Shown here piece after piece: positions 25,887-35,587 of a stretch of DNA of 64,000 bases (position 1 is the stretch's first letter; each line of letters opens with the position of its first letter). Location of the stretch: NCBI GenBank assembly GCA_017654855.1, contig CM030333.1, forward strand, positions 1,798,001 to 1,862,000, in the 5' to 3' direction. The position numbers were made by a program, and so were the translations under genes. This stretch comes from Podospora anserina. Lineage: Eukaryota. The notes under the pieces are model-generated. The model saw nothing but the letters and a program-made list of their open reading frames with translations, made no database searches and was not told the DNA's origin.

Positions 25887-27949
25887 TCAAGACGAAGGAG
25901 AAGAGAACGACAAGGGCGTGAAGTGGCGCTCAGAAGTTGAATCATGCCCAGTGCTCCAGTTAAGCTGAGTAGACGAGGCACAATCAGTAGTCCACTCCGA
26001 GGCTCCCAAGGTCGAATCATTCTGAGTCTCTAAGCCAAGCTCATCACTCGAATCGTCCTCAAAAGTCGAATGATACTCCGCAACAGATTCGGCCTCCTCC
26101 ACAGGGGCAACAAAATGCTTGCGAAGGAAAGAGAGAAATTCGTCCAGTGTAGAGAGAGGGCCAATATGAGCCACATATCCATCCGGCCGAACGAACATAT
26201 ACCCAGGCAGAGACTGCTCAGAGAAGCCGAATCTTTTGAGGAGTGTCTCCTTCACCAACTCTGAAGGCCAGATATAATAGTCGTTCAAGGCGATTGCAGG
26301 TTCATCTTTGGCCTTTCGGTAGATAAAGTGCACGTCCAACCTGAAAGAAACCGCGCTCAACACCTTCTCTCTGGCATACTCCAACGTATTGGTCTGTTCT
26401 TCGGAATGTTCTCCAGAGAACAACAAAAGATGGTGGGAACTGCCCACGCAGAGTGCCTGTACGGTGGTCGAAATAATTCCCGTGTTTCTCGATGTCAGCC
26501 AGAGCTTTCCATCAGGCAGACGGTCCCCTCCCTGAATTCGACCATCGAAACCTGCGGCAGTTCCAACGATTGGGCTCACTCCACGATATGTGACACCAAA
26601 CATGGACAGAAATTTGTAGAACGCTCTATTCCACCAATCTGTGGGGGTGAGCCATGGCAAAATGTATCTGACTGCGAAGTTGCGAATGGGTATGAAAAAG
26701 CGATTGGTGCTGGTCATGAATGCTATTCAAACTGGGTTAGCCGTTTGTTCAAATAACATATTTCATAATGACATACTGAACATTCGATCCGTACTTGACA
26801 AAAGCTCTTGTCCAATGGGGTGTCTTTCGATGTGGTATGTGTCCAGGAAGGCGTCTGGATCTTGAACCTGTCCCTGTAAAACAAAAGCTAGTTTCCATCC
26901 CAGATTGATGGCATCCTGAATTCCGGTGTTCATGCCCTTTCCACCGACAGGGGAAGAGATATGAGCTGCATCACCAGCAACAAAGATTCTCCTGTCGCGG
27001 TATTTGTTGACACCTTTGAGGTGTAGTCGGAACCTGCTGATCCACACCGGGTCTTCCAAAGTCCCTGAGCCTGGAGGGGTGAACTTGTCGAACAATGACT
27101 GGAAATGTTCGAGAGTCGGCACTGAACTGGTATCACCTTGTTGGTCAAACGTGGCCGCCGGACCTGACACCACAATACGGAAGAGGTCTTGACGAATAGG
27201 AAATATGGCAAACATTCCCTCTCGGGAAATCTGCAATAAGCCTTGGTCCTGTCGGCGGAGGCTGTCCCTGATTTGGACGTCGCAGAGGAGAAAGGATTGC
27301 GGGTAGCTCGACCCTTCCCAAACCATGCCTTCACCTGCTTGACGAACAACAGAGCGCGCACCATCACAGCCAATGACGTACTTGGAGCGGACAGCTTCCA
27401 CTTTCCCATTGTGACTTTGCAATTTTGTGGTGATGACTTTGTCATCCTGGACAATGCTGGTGGCGGTAAGGGAGCGTTCAATATTGACACCATGAGAAGA
27501 CAGCGACTCGAGGAGAAAACGTTCCGTTTCGGCTTGAGAGATGTTAAGTGGTAGCGGGAATCTGGTGTCGCTGGCCTTGAACTGGTTGAGCGCAATGGCA
27601 CCTGCTGGTTTGCCGTCAAGGCAAAGGGCCATGCCCTGGAGAATACGTCCACGAGGGATGAGCTCCTCGGCAGCGCCATAGCGACTGAATAGTTCCAGTG
27701 TTCGAGGTTGAATAATCAGAGCACGACTCGTGGGAGAGGGAGCATGTAGTTTGTCGACCTATCCTATTTGTAAGCCGAACGGATTTCCAGGGCAAGCAGT
27801 GTTGTTCGGCACAGAAAGATCCTCACGATTCGAAAAGACACCTGATGCAATACCAACTCCAAGGCCAATGCCATGCCAACAGGACCACCACCGACGATGA
27901 GGACATCACAATCTGTGGTGGGATTCTCGACCTTGGGGTTGTCGTCCAT
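25887..27949 (-). CDS. FAD-dependent aromatic monooxygenase (FAD_binding_3, PheA/TfdB-like); exons 27949-27827, 27758-26777, 26722-25887
   Basis: DVLIVGGGPVG Rossmann motif, YVIGCDGARSVVR, IFVAGDAAHISSPVGGKGMNTGIQDAINLGWKL, and C-terminal GDRLPD/VRPDGYV. Two GT-AG introns (27826-27759, 26776-26723) restore the frame. Confidence 0.92.
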
Positions 27950-28970
27950 GATGTCTGTTGAATACCAGCTGGTTGCCAGTGCTGAAGGTGCTTGTTATCC
28001 TAGCAGCTCAAAACTGAAGGAATAAGTATGCTGACAAGAAGTATGCCGAGGCTTTCTGGGTTCAAGATATCGTCGATTCACAAGACCCACACCGTCGGCC
28101 GTAAATGAACGCTTTCTTTGCTACTGGTCAAGGAGCGGGCGCTTTAGGAAGCGACCATCTTTGAATTTTGCAAGTGTCAGAAACCCTCCTTCCCAAGCAG
28201 AGGGCTAAAAGTCCGCCTTAGGCCATGATAGCGATATTATCCGCTTGAGAACCTCTACGGCAGGTACGACTATGGTCAACAGACCGACCCACATGGCAGG
28301 ACCGACACACCAAGTCGCTTCTCATGACTTCAGGCAACTTCAAGTTGAAGCAAGCTTGGTGCCGAGCAACTGAATTTCTTCAAGTTTGAGTGAAATGACC
28401 TAAGATAGTTGAGCTATTCTCATCGTACTAATCTTAGCAAACAGATACAGTTTGAAAGAATGATCTCCGTGGTTTGAACATGCTGCGTCGGTGTAAGTCA
28501 GTCAACAAAGGCACATTAAATATGCGCCCACTTTGTCCTGACATGATTACTAGCCGCTCATAAGTGACCTGACTGTCATTTGCTCGCACCATGCATGATT
28601 ACCAACCTGTCAAGTTTTGTAACCCTTCATTCAACATTTTGTGATATTTGTTGAAGGGGCTTCAGGGTTATCTATGAGAATATCATGCCATCAGGCCGTG
28701 CAACCCTTATCGATAACAGCAGCGTAATGGAGCACGGACGTCTGTGGGCGCTTCTAGTGTACTTCACTGAAAGCTCGATGGCAAACAAACTTCCGACTCA
28801 AATCAATTGGTTCTTTTTTGTCTCATGATTTCATCTGGTGTAAGGGCTTGCTCTTCTCCAAACATCTTTATATAGAAACTACGCACAGTATTTGTGGCTG
28901 GTGCTACCCGCCTTCAACAAGGAGGTGTGTTGGCTTGACTTCACTCATCACTAACTTACCACCATCCACG

Positions 28971-30017
28971 ATGGAGCTAGGCAAATCCCGCCATGCACCT
29001 TGGAATAGAGGGAAAGCCACGCCGCCAACAGTACACTCCAGCAACTACCGGTCAACCTCGCTAACCGTCAATCCTGCGCCCACTTCATCCACAACTACCA
29101 CCACCATCTACCTCTCTGACAACAACATCATCGCCAACCCCATATATCCCACCCCTCAGAGCCGCTCCCACCCACCACCATCCTCACATACCCCCAACCC
29201 CCACAAATCCACCGCCCTCAGAGCGGCCCTAGAACTCTCCCGTTACCGCAAGATCCTCCGTCGCCTTCAATGGAAGTCACAATTCCTCGACAGCGGCTAC
29301 CAACTCGCCACCCACCGCCTCTGCCAGGACCCCCAGCAAGTAGCTGAACGAGAGCTCATGTTCAAACTGGACTTTTTCGAGTACTACATGCTCATAGAGC
29401 GAGCGGTAGTTCATCTCCTCGCCGTCTTTGGCGTAGACATTGACCGGCACACCATCTCAGAATCCAGCCGTGACGTTTCACCGGTGAAACAGAGTCAAGG
29501 CCAGAGACTTGGTCTTTCAGGTAGTCGCTGGGGCCGAGATGGTAACAACAGATCCAACCACCGATATCACGCCAACGTCCTCGAAGCCCTGGATAAACCC
29601 CACAACCCCCTCCATGGGATCCTTGGACAGGGAGAGGTGAGGAAGCAACTTGGGAGGGCAAAGGATCTTCGGAATAGGTGGAAGACAGCCGGGGAGGAGA
29701 TTGACGACGGGGGCTTCCTAGGTCAGCAACAGCCGAGGGAATGGCAGATGACGAAGAAGATAGCGGCGCCGTTGGAGACGTATGATTTGTCTAATATGTT
29801 GAGGGCGATCTCGGGTGGGTTTGGGGAGGCGGGGCGGTTGGCGGAGGAGTATGTCATGAGCTTTGAGTCGGTGGTGATGAGCGGTGGGGAGGGAAGCGGT
29901 GATATGGTCATGGCTGATGAGAATGGGGAGCCGATGCTGGATTGGGGGGCGGCGATTAGGAATGAGGAGACACAGTGGGATTTTATGGTAGATGCAATGG
30001 ATTGGGAGGCGGTTTGA
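28971..30017 (+). CDS. Conserved-looking hypothetical protein (all-alpha core, acidic C-terminal motif MVDAMDWEAV)
   Basis: ATG at 28971 in a 348-codon open frame, TATA-like TATATAG near 28869, protein-like blocks FKLDFFEYYMLIER, HRYHANVLEAL and AKDLRNRWK. Confidence 0.8.
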   Translation: MELGKSRHAPWNRGKATPPTVHSSNYRSTSLTVNPAPTSSTTTTTIYLSDNNIIANPIYPTPQSRSHPPPSSHTPNPHKSTALRAALELSRYRKILRRLQWKSQFLDSGYQLATHRLCQDPQQVAERELMFKLDFFEYYMLIERAVVHLLAVFGVDIDRHTISESSRDVSPVKQSQGQRLGLSGSRWGRDGNNRSNHRYHANVLEALDKPHNPLHGILGQGEVRKQLGRAKDLRNRWKTAGEEIDDGGFLGQQQPREWQMTKKIAAPLETYDLSNMLRAISGGFGEAGRLAEEYVMSFESVVMSGGEGSGDMVMADENGEPMLDWGAAIRNEETQWDFMVDAMDWEAV

Positions 30018-32177
30018 GGCTTTGTTGCAGGTGTTTTGGTTGCATAGCTTGGTTATTATTTCGAAGTACCATTGCTGGAGTTTGTGGGCATCGGGTGTGC
30101 GTTGTGAGCGTGTTGACTTGGTTAGCATTGAAGCTGTCATGGAGATGGTTGTGGTTAGAACAGAACGACTTGACCTAGATACCCTGTAGTTTGAACGACT
30201 TGTGCATATTTCCTTAGAATTGATACAACCCACGCAAAAAAAAAAAAAAAAACATCATGGTGAAAAGGGAATATGGAGATTATGTGCAAGACCCTGGTGG
30301 CCAATGAGCTAAGAGCAGATGGTCGATGGTTTATATATTAGGTCCACGTTGTGTCATTCATCGTCTCCTACCAGCACCACTCCCAGTTCAAATGGTCGAT
30401 TGGTATGGGTGGGAGAGGGGATCTTCCCAGCCCTGGTGAGAGGTGCCGGTGCTCGTGTTCACCACAGAGTGCCGCTCATCAGGAGGTTCCCGTTCGATTC
30501 CTGACGCCACCCACGATTAGCAAAATCCCAAGAGAATTTTTGTAGCTGGTAAACCCCCTAGGTTGGGAGGGGGGCCGGTAAGCTTTTGCTTTTTTTCTGA
30601 ATATTCTTTTTTTTTGCTTCAGTCCCATTGATAATGAATGGCCTCTTGGTTATTTTTTACTCCAACTCAGACCCTCCTCGACGGTCAAATTAGTAGTAGC
30701 AAAGCCTCGGCGGATGCTTCGACCAGTTCGTACGAGCCAAACGGGATAGATGGAAACATGCGGTACGACAAGACTAACACGACGAGGTGGACACAAACGC
30801 GGGTATACAGAGCACGCAGCAAGGCAAAGGGAAGAGGCATAGCATGACGATTCTGCAACGGTCATGTAGGCTCAATGTACCGTACAGTAGCGCAGCCTTT
30901 ACACACGACGCGGTGATCTGATCCCAGCATTACACCGGACGTTTGCGGAGAATACACAACCTGTTGCCATCAGGTGATACTCTGACAACCATATCCCAAA
31001 ACTCGAGAGTGTTGAACGATAACGGTCAGTAAGGCTCATGTTGTGAGACGTCTAACGGCGAGCAAACAAGCCGCCGAGATGACTCGCATTGAAATCCAGA
31101 CGGTAACGTTACTCAGCCTCCTGATCGACTCGAGTCTACAAATCTCGTTGGCGAGGTGGAAAACAACGTTGGCCATGCTGTCAGACAGGAAGGAATGCTC
31201 CTTCCAACATTCTGTCGCACAACAGCCTGAGCTGAAGAGGAAGTCGCACTTGGTCCGAACCAACGGATCAACACCTTCCTCTTGTCAGCAGCAACGGTCA
31301 AGACAGATGTGGCTTGCATCTTCAACTTGAACCCCACAGCAGCCACCATGCGGAGTCGATCCACAAAACAAAAAAAAAAACAAAAGAACAGACTTGATTG
31401 ATGGAATGCTTCACAACCGTTGTCTCTATATGAGCTGTTGGAGTAGGAGCCCGAGAAAACACAGCTACTGCAAGTTTATTAGCCGCGTAGGTGGGTAGGT
31501 GGGAATAGGGTCGAATACGAGGTCGTCTCCAAGATCTCCAACGACTCCCGTGACTACCGCTTAGCGACCCCAATTGCCGATCTTCAGTCGAGACCCACTG
31601 CCAACTCAACATACGCACTTTCGACATTCTAGAAACCTCGTACGGGAACCACGGACTCCCGTCTCTCGTGAAGAGAAAGACGTCGTCAGCATCCCTTCCT
31701 TCAGGCTGAGCTTCATCGTATCGTGGAACACCAAAAAATGTAGTGCACTCTAGACAGTCCGGGGCGATGCAGAGCACATGGTTGGTCACGGCGTTGTTGA
31801 CTTTTCCTCCCCAGAAGTAAACCAAGATTGATCCAATGATCTGGAGATGGGTGGATGGTTGCAGCTGCTTCGGTTGTTGTTTGCCAACTCTCGCTTCCTC
31901 CCCCATGGATGCCCCATCGCTTGGCTATGACGCCAGGTAGGGAAGGGGCACCGCGATATCGTATCGTATTTGCAGCCCTCCACATCGTATCATGAAAGGC
32001 GAACGATTCCGGATTCGGCAACCGGCGGGCTTTGCTTTCCTGCTGTGTGCCTTGGGAGGTGAATCGCTCGGATGGAGTGCTCCTCACGAGGCTGATGGAG
32101 CTCAGAGAAGGAGCCTCGGGGAGGGGAAAGCGGAGGGTATAAGATCTCAAGCCTGTCCTCCACCTCGACTTCAACCT

Positions 32178-32181
<4 letters not shown>

Positions 32182-32209
<28 letters not shown>
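32182..32209. repeat. (TC)14 microsatellite / CT-box in the cerato-platanin promoter-leader
   Basis: Perfect TC run downstream of TATAAG (about 32138) and about 115 nt before the ATG. Confidence 0.9.
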
Positions 32210-32212
<3 letters not shown>

Positions 32213-32325
32213 CACCAGCTCCAACAGTTTCAACTCCGTTCAAGCACGCTTCTTCTCGGACTCAGCATCATTCAGACGCATCATTTCTCTTCTTCAAAAG
32301 GCACAACTTGCGATATTCCACCATT

Positions 32326-32816
32326 ATGCACTTCTCCAAGATCTTCAGCATCTTCACTCTTGCCGCCGCGGCGTCGGCAACCACAGGTAAGCCCTCATTC
32401 CGATCACCTCCTTTCGTCTCTCGCCACCTCCCCGATGCCAACTGACACACCCTCCAACAGTCTCTTACGACATCGGCTATGACGACCCCAACCGCAGCCT
32501 CGAGTCGGTCGCCTGCTCGGATGGCGTGAACGGTCTTATCTGGAAGTACGGCTGGAAGAAGCAGGGCGACGTTAGGAATTTCCCCTTTATTGGAGGCGCT
32601 CAGGCGGTGGCGGGCTGGAACTCTCCCAACTGCGGCACTTGCTGGTCGGCGACGTGGAACGGCAACACTATATATGTGCTGGCTATTGACCACACTGGCT
32701 CGGGCCTTAACTTGGGATTGCGCGGGATGGATGCTCTGACTAATGGCCATGGGCAGGAGCTGGGCCGTGTTGATGCTGTTGTTGCTCAGGTGCCTATCAG
32801 TCGGTGCGGTCTCTAG
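32326..32816 (+). CDS. Cerato-platanin family secreted protein (SnodProt1/Epl1-like); exons 32326-32386, 32461-32816
   Basis: Signal peptide [18 protein letters not shown], then [37 protein letters not shown], final CGL; four cysteines; intron 32387-32460. Confidence 0.96.
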
Positions 32817-32942
32817 AATGGGTTGGATGGGCATTTGTAAGGGGCGTGAACATTGGGTTTTGACATCATGGATTGGGCGGGAGTGGAATTATGATGGAAT
32901 GACATACTACTTGTAATGCAGTAATGGAAGGTTATGACATGG

Positions 32943-33821
32943 TTATCGTCGATGCTGTGGTATCTGTGACTTGAGGAAGGCGGTGATGTCTGTGATCATT
33001 TCGGGATAGAACCAGTGGCCGAGACCTGGGTATTCGTTCCAGGAGGTGTTGACGCTCAGTTCTGAGAGAGTCGATGCTGCCTCTTTGCCATGAGCGATGA
33101 GGACTTTGTCATCTTCGGTTCCATGCGCCAGAAACACAGGTGTATCAAAGGAATTTGGACGAGTGATAGGACTGTTGCCTTCCAGCTCCAGACTTTCTCG
33201 CAAAGCCTGCACAGCAGCAGCTTCGACATCTTGCGGCTTGTCCTCATCATCCTCACCATTACCCCCAAATGGGTCAAACTCATCTTCTTCGGTGTCACCC
33301 TTTCTGCTAGCGAAGTCTTTCGTCGCCCTTTGAACTGTCCTAACAAAAGGCAACCATCCGCACATTCCCACGCAGCGGCCTAGTGGTTCCCCTTCCCAAA
33401 GCAGCAAAGCCATCAACGAAGCTGCACACCCTTGACTCAACCCGCCGAGGAACATCCTCCTCGAGTCACCACCCACCAGCGCAATTTCCTGTCTGAGTAG
33501 ATCATGGAGATATGATGTGGTCTGTTGAAGTCCGTCAATAGACCTCCACTCGTCCTGGCCTGGGTTGAGGACCGAGGCGGGGGAGTCGAGGTGCCAGCCG
33601 TCGAACCATTGGGTGATGAGGGAGCGGGCGTAGATTGTTGCTCGGGACTTTGGGGCGGTGGGGAGGATGATTTTGAGAGAAGGAAACGATTGTTGGAGGG
33701 GGGAGCAGAAAGGGAGGAGGGAGGAGGGGGAGTTGCCTCTGCCGTGGAGGAGGACGAGTGTGAAGCTGTGAGGGGGGTTGAGAGGGGGAAGGATGAGAGG
33801 GTCGGGGAAGGGGGGAGACAT
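32943..33821 (-). CDS. Phospholipase/carboxylesterase (acyl-protein thioesterase-like, Abhydrolase_2)
   Basis: LLHGRG, PTAP, QWFD, GGLSQG nucleophile, HGTEDDKV and YPGLGHW. Likely ATG at 33821, with an alternative at 33833. Confidence 0.9.
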   Translation of the reverse strand: MSPPFPDPLILPPLNPPHSFTLVLLHGRGNSPSSLLPFCSPLQQSFPSLKIILPTAPKSRATIYARSLITQWFDGWHLDSPASVLNPGQDEWRSIDGLQQTTSYLHDLLRQEIALVGGDSRRMFLGGLSQGCAASLMALLLWEGEPLGRCVGMCGWLPFVRTVQRATKDFASRKGDTEEDEFDPFGGNGEDDEDKPQDVEAAAVQALRESLELEGNSPITRPNSFDTPVFLAHGTEDDKVLIAHGKEAASTLSELSVNTSWNEYPGLGHWFYPEMITDITAFLKSQIPQHRR

Positions 33822-34359
33822 TTTGTGGGACATGAATTGGGTGAGAGAGGGGGAAGAATGGGGAATGGAAGGGGAGAGACGATAGGTTTTTGTTCGTTGG
33901 GGTTTGGTCTGTTGGTTGGTGGGTGATTTGCTTTGTCGGCAGAGGCGGTATGATAGTGAAGATGAAATGAAGGCAGGAAGATTTTGAATGCAAACAACAG
34001 AGCTTGAAGCTATACCCATCTTTGAATTGACATCATCACGGTGGTGTCAGGGTCTCCCTTTGTGCAGCTGTGCAAGGGGTCCTGCGCAAGCCAGAACGCC
34101 AAGCGCAACTTTACACCAATCATTTCGCTGCCCGGATCAGCCTTACGCAGGGGCATCAAGGTGCGCAAGCTCCACCAGCCCGCCTCGCAACCTCTGCCTG
34201 ACAACGGGGAGCACATGATGCGACACAGCCCACCGCCTCCAGCAGAAGACATGTTGTATGATTGCGCCAACATCATCTGCATTGCTTGATACTTGTTCAT
34301 CATTAACATTCAAACCACCATTGAATTGACAACTGTTGCCCATTAGCAACACTTCCACC

Positions 34360-35587
34360 ATGGCGCCCTCTCTGCGCGACATCGTCTCACAAGCCACGAG
34401 CTTCATCTCCCAACTCCCACTCCTCGGCGGCGGCAGTGATAGCTTCCAACCACCGAGCGATGTCTCCTTCTACGATCCCCTCACCAGCGGCCCATCATGT
34501 CCCATCGATGGCCCGGTGAGCTGCCACAACAGCACACCGATTGCAGAGCCCAACTCGTGTTGCTTTGTCTACCCCGGCGGCAAGATCCTCCTCACGCAGT
34601 TTTGGGATCAGCAAGTCCATGCTGGGGGCGCTGAGGAGGACTGGACTCTTCACGGGCTATGGTGCGTACATCTTTTTTTTGTTTTTTATTTTTTATCGCG
34701 GCCATGGGGGGCAAAAGAGGGAGATATCTACAGCTGAAAGAAGAGGGGATATGCCCAAGAGTAGAACTTGACCAGCCCACATTGCAATGGAAAAGATAAC
34801 AGCGGGAATAACAACGAGTGCTAATCATGCCTCTCAAATAGGCCCGACCTCTGCGATGGCACCTACGACCAGTTCTGCAACATGACTCCGCAGTACCACA
34901 ACATCACTGCCGTTCTAGAGCAGCACGGTCAGCATGAACTCGTTCAGTTCATGGATCGGTATTGGCTGGCATCCTCGTGAGTCCTTTTTGCCTCGCCCGA
35001 AAGTGCGATCTCTCGGCACGGGTGATACGGAAGTAGAGAAGAGAAGCGATGAAGAGGATCATGAGCTTCAACTCTTCCGGGCCGACCTCGGGTTCTGTTT
35101 TCCTAGTTGGGCCAGAAGCTAACGTTTGGAACTATTTAGGGGACCAAACTCCAGACTGTGGGAGCACGAGTTCAACAAGCACGGCACATGCATCAACACT
35201 CTTGCCCCTGCGTGCTATGGCGACTCGCATAAACCGGGGCTGGAGGTGGTTGATTACTTTCAGCGCGCTGCCGCCCTCTTTCGGACGCTGGATACCTACC
35301 ACGCTCTTCAAACCGCCGGGATCGTCCCCCACCCGAGGAAGCACTACCCTCTTGCTGATGTCCAGGCCGCTCTGGAGAAGTACAGTGGCGGGAAAGTGGT
35401 GCTCCGCTGCGGTGGACGTCGCGATGTACTCCACGAGGCCTGGTATGTCTACTTTATCAGGGGCAGCTTGCAGACCGGAGACTTCATTCCGGCTCAGGAC
35501 CGCGGTGGCAAGGAGGAAGACGCTGGCAACTGTGCCCCCTGGATCAAGTACCTGCCCAAGAGGCACCCAAGAGGAGCGGACTTGTAA
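34360..35587 (+). CDS. Ribonuclease T2; exons 34360-34661, 34842-34976, 35140-35587
   Basis: CAS I WTLHGLWPDLCDG (across intron 34662-34841) and CAS II LWEHEFNKHGTC; both catalytic His present; second intron 34977-35139. Confidence 0.95.

Noticed and set aside
30400..30515. tRNA-like B-box GTTCGATTC with nearby short hairpins
   Set aside because: The T-stem does not pair and no cloverleaf could be built by hand; tRNAscan-SE would settle it.
30600..31400. Several short ORFs between the hypothetical gene and cerato-platanin
   Set aside because: No motifs, codon bias or coherent splice pattern; cannot support a gene or pseudogene.
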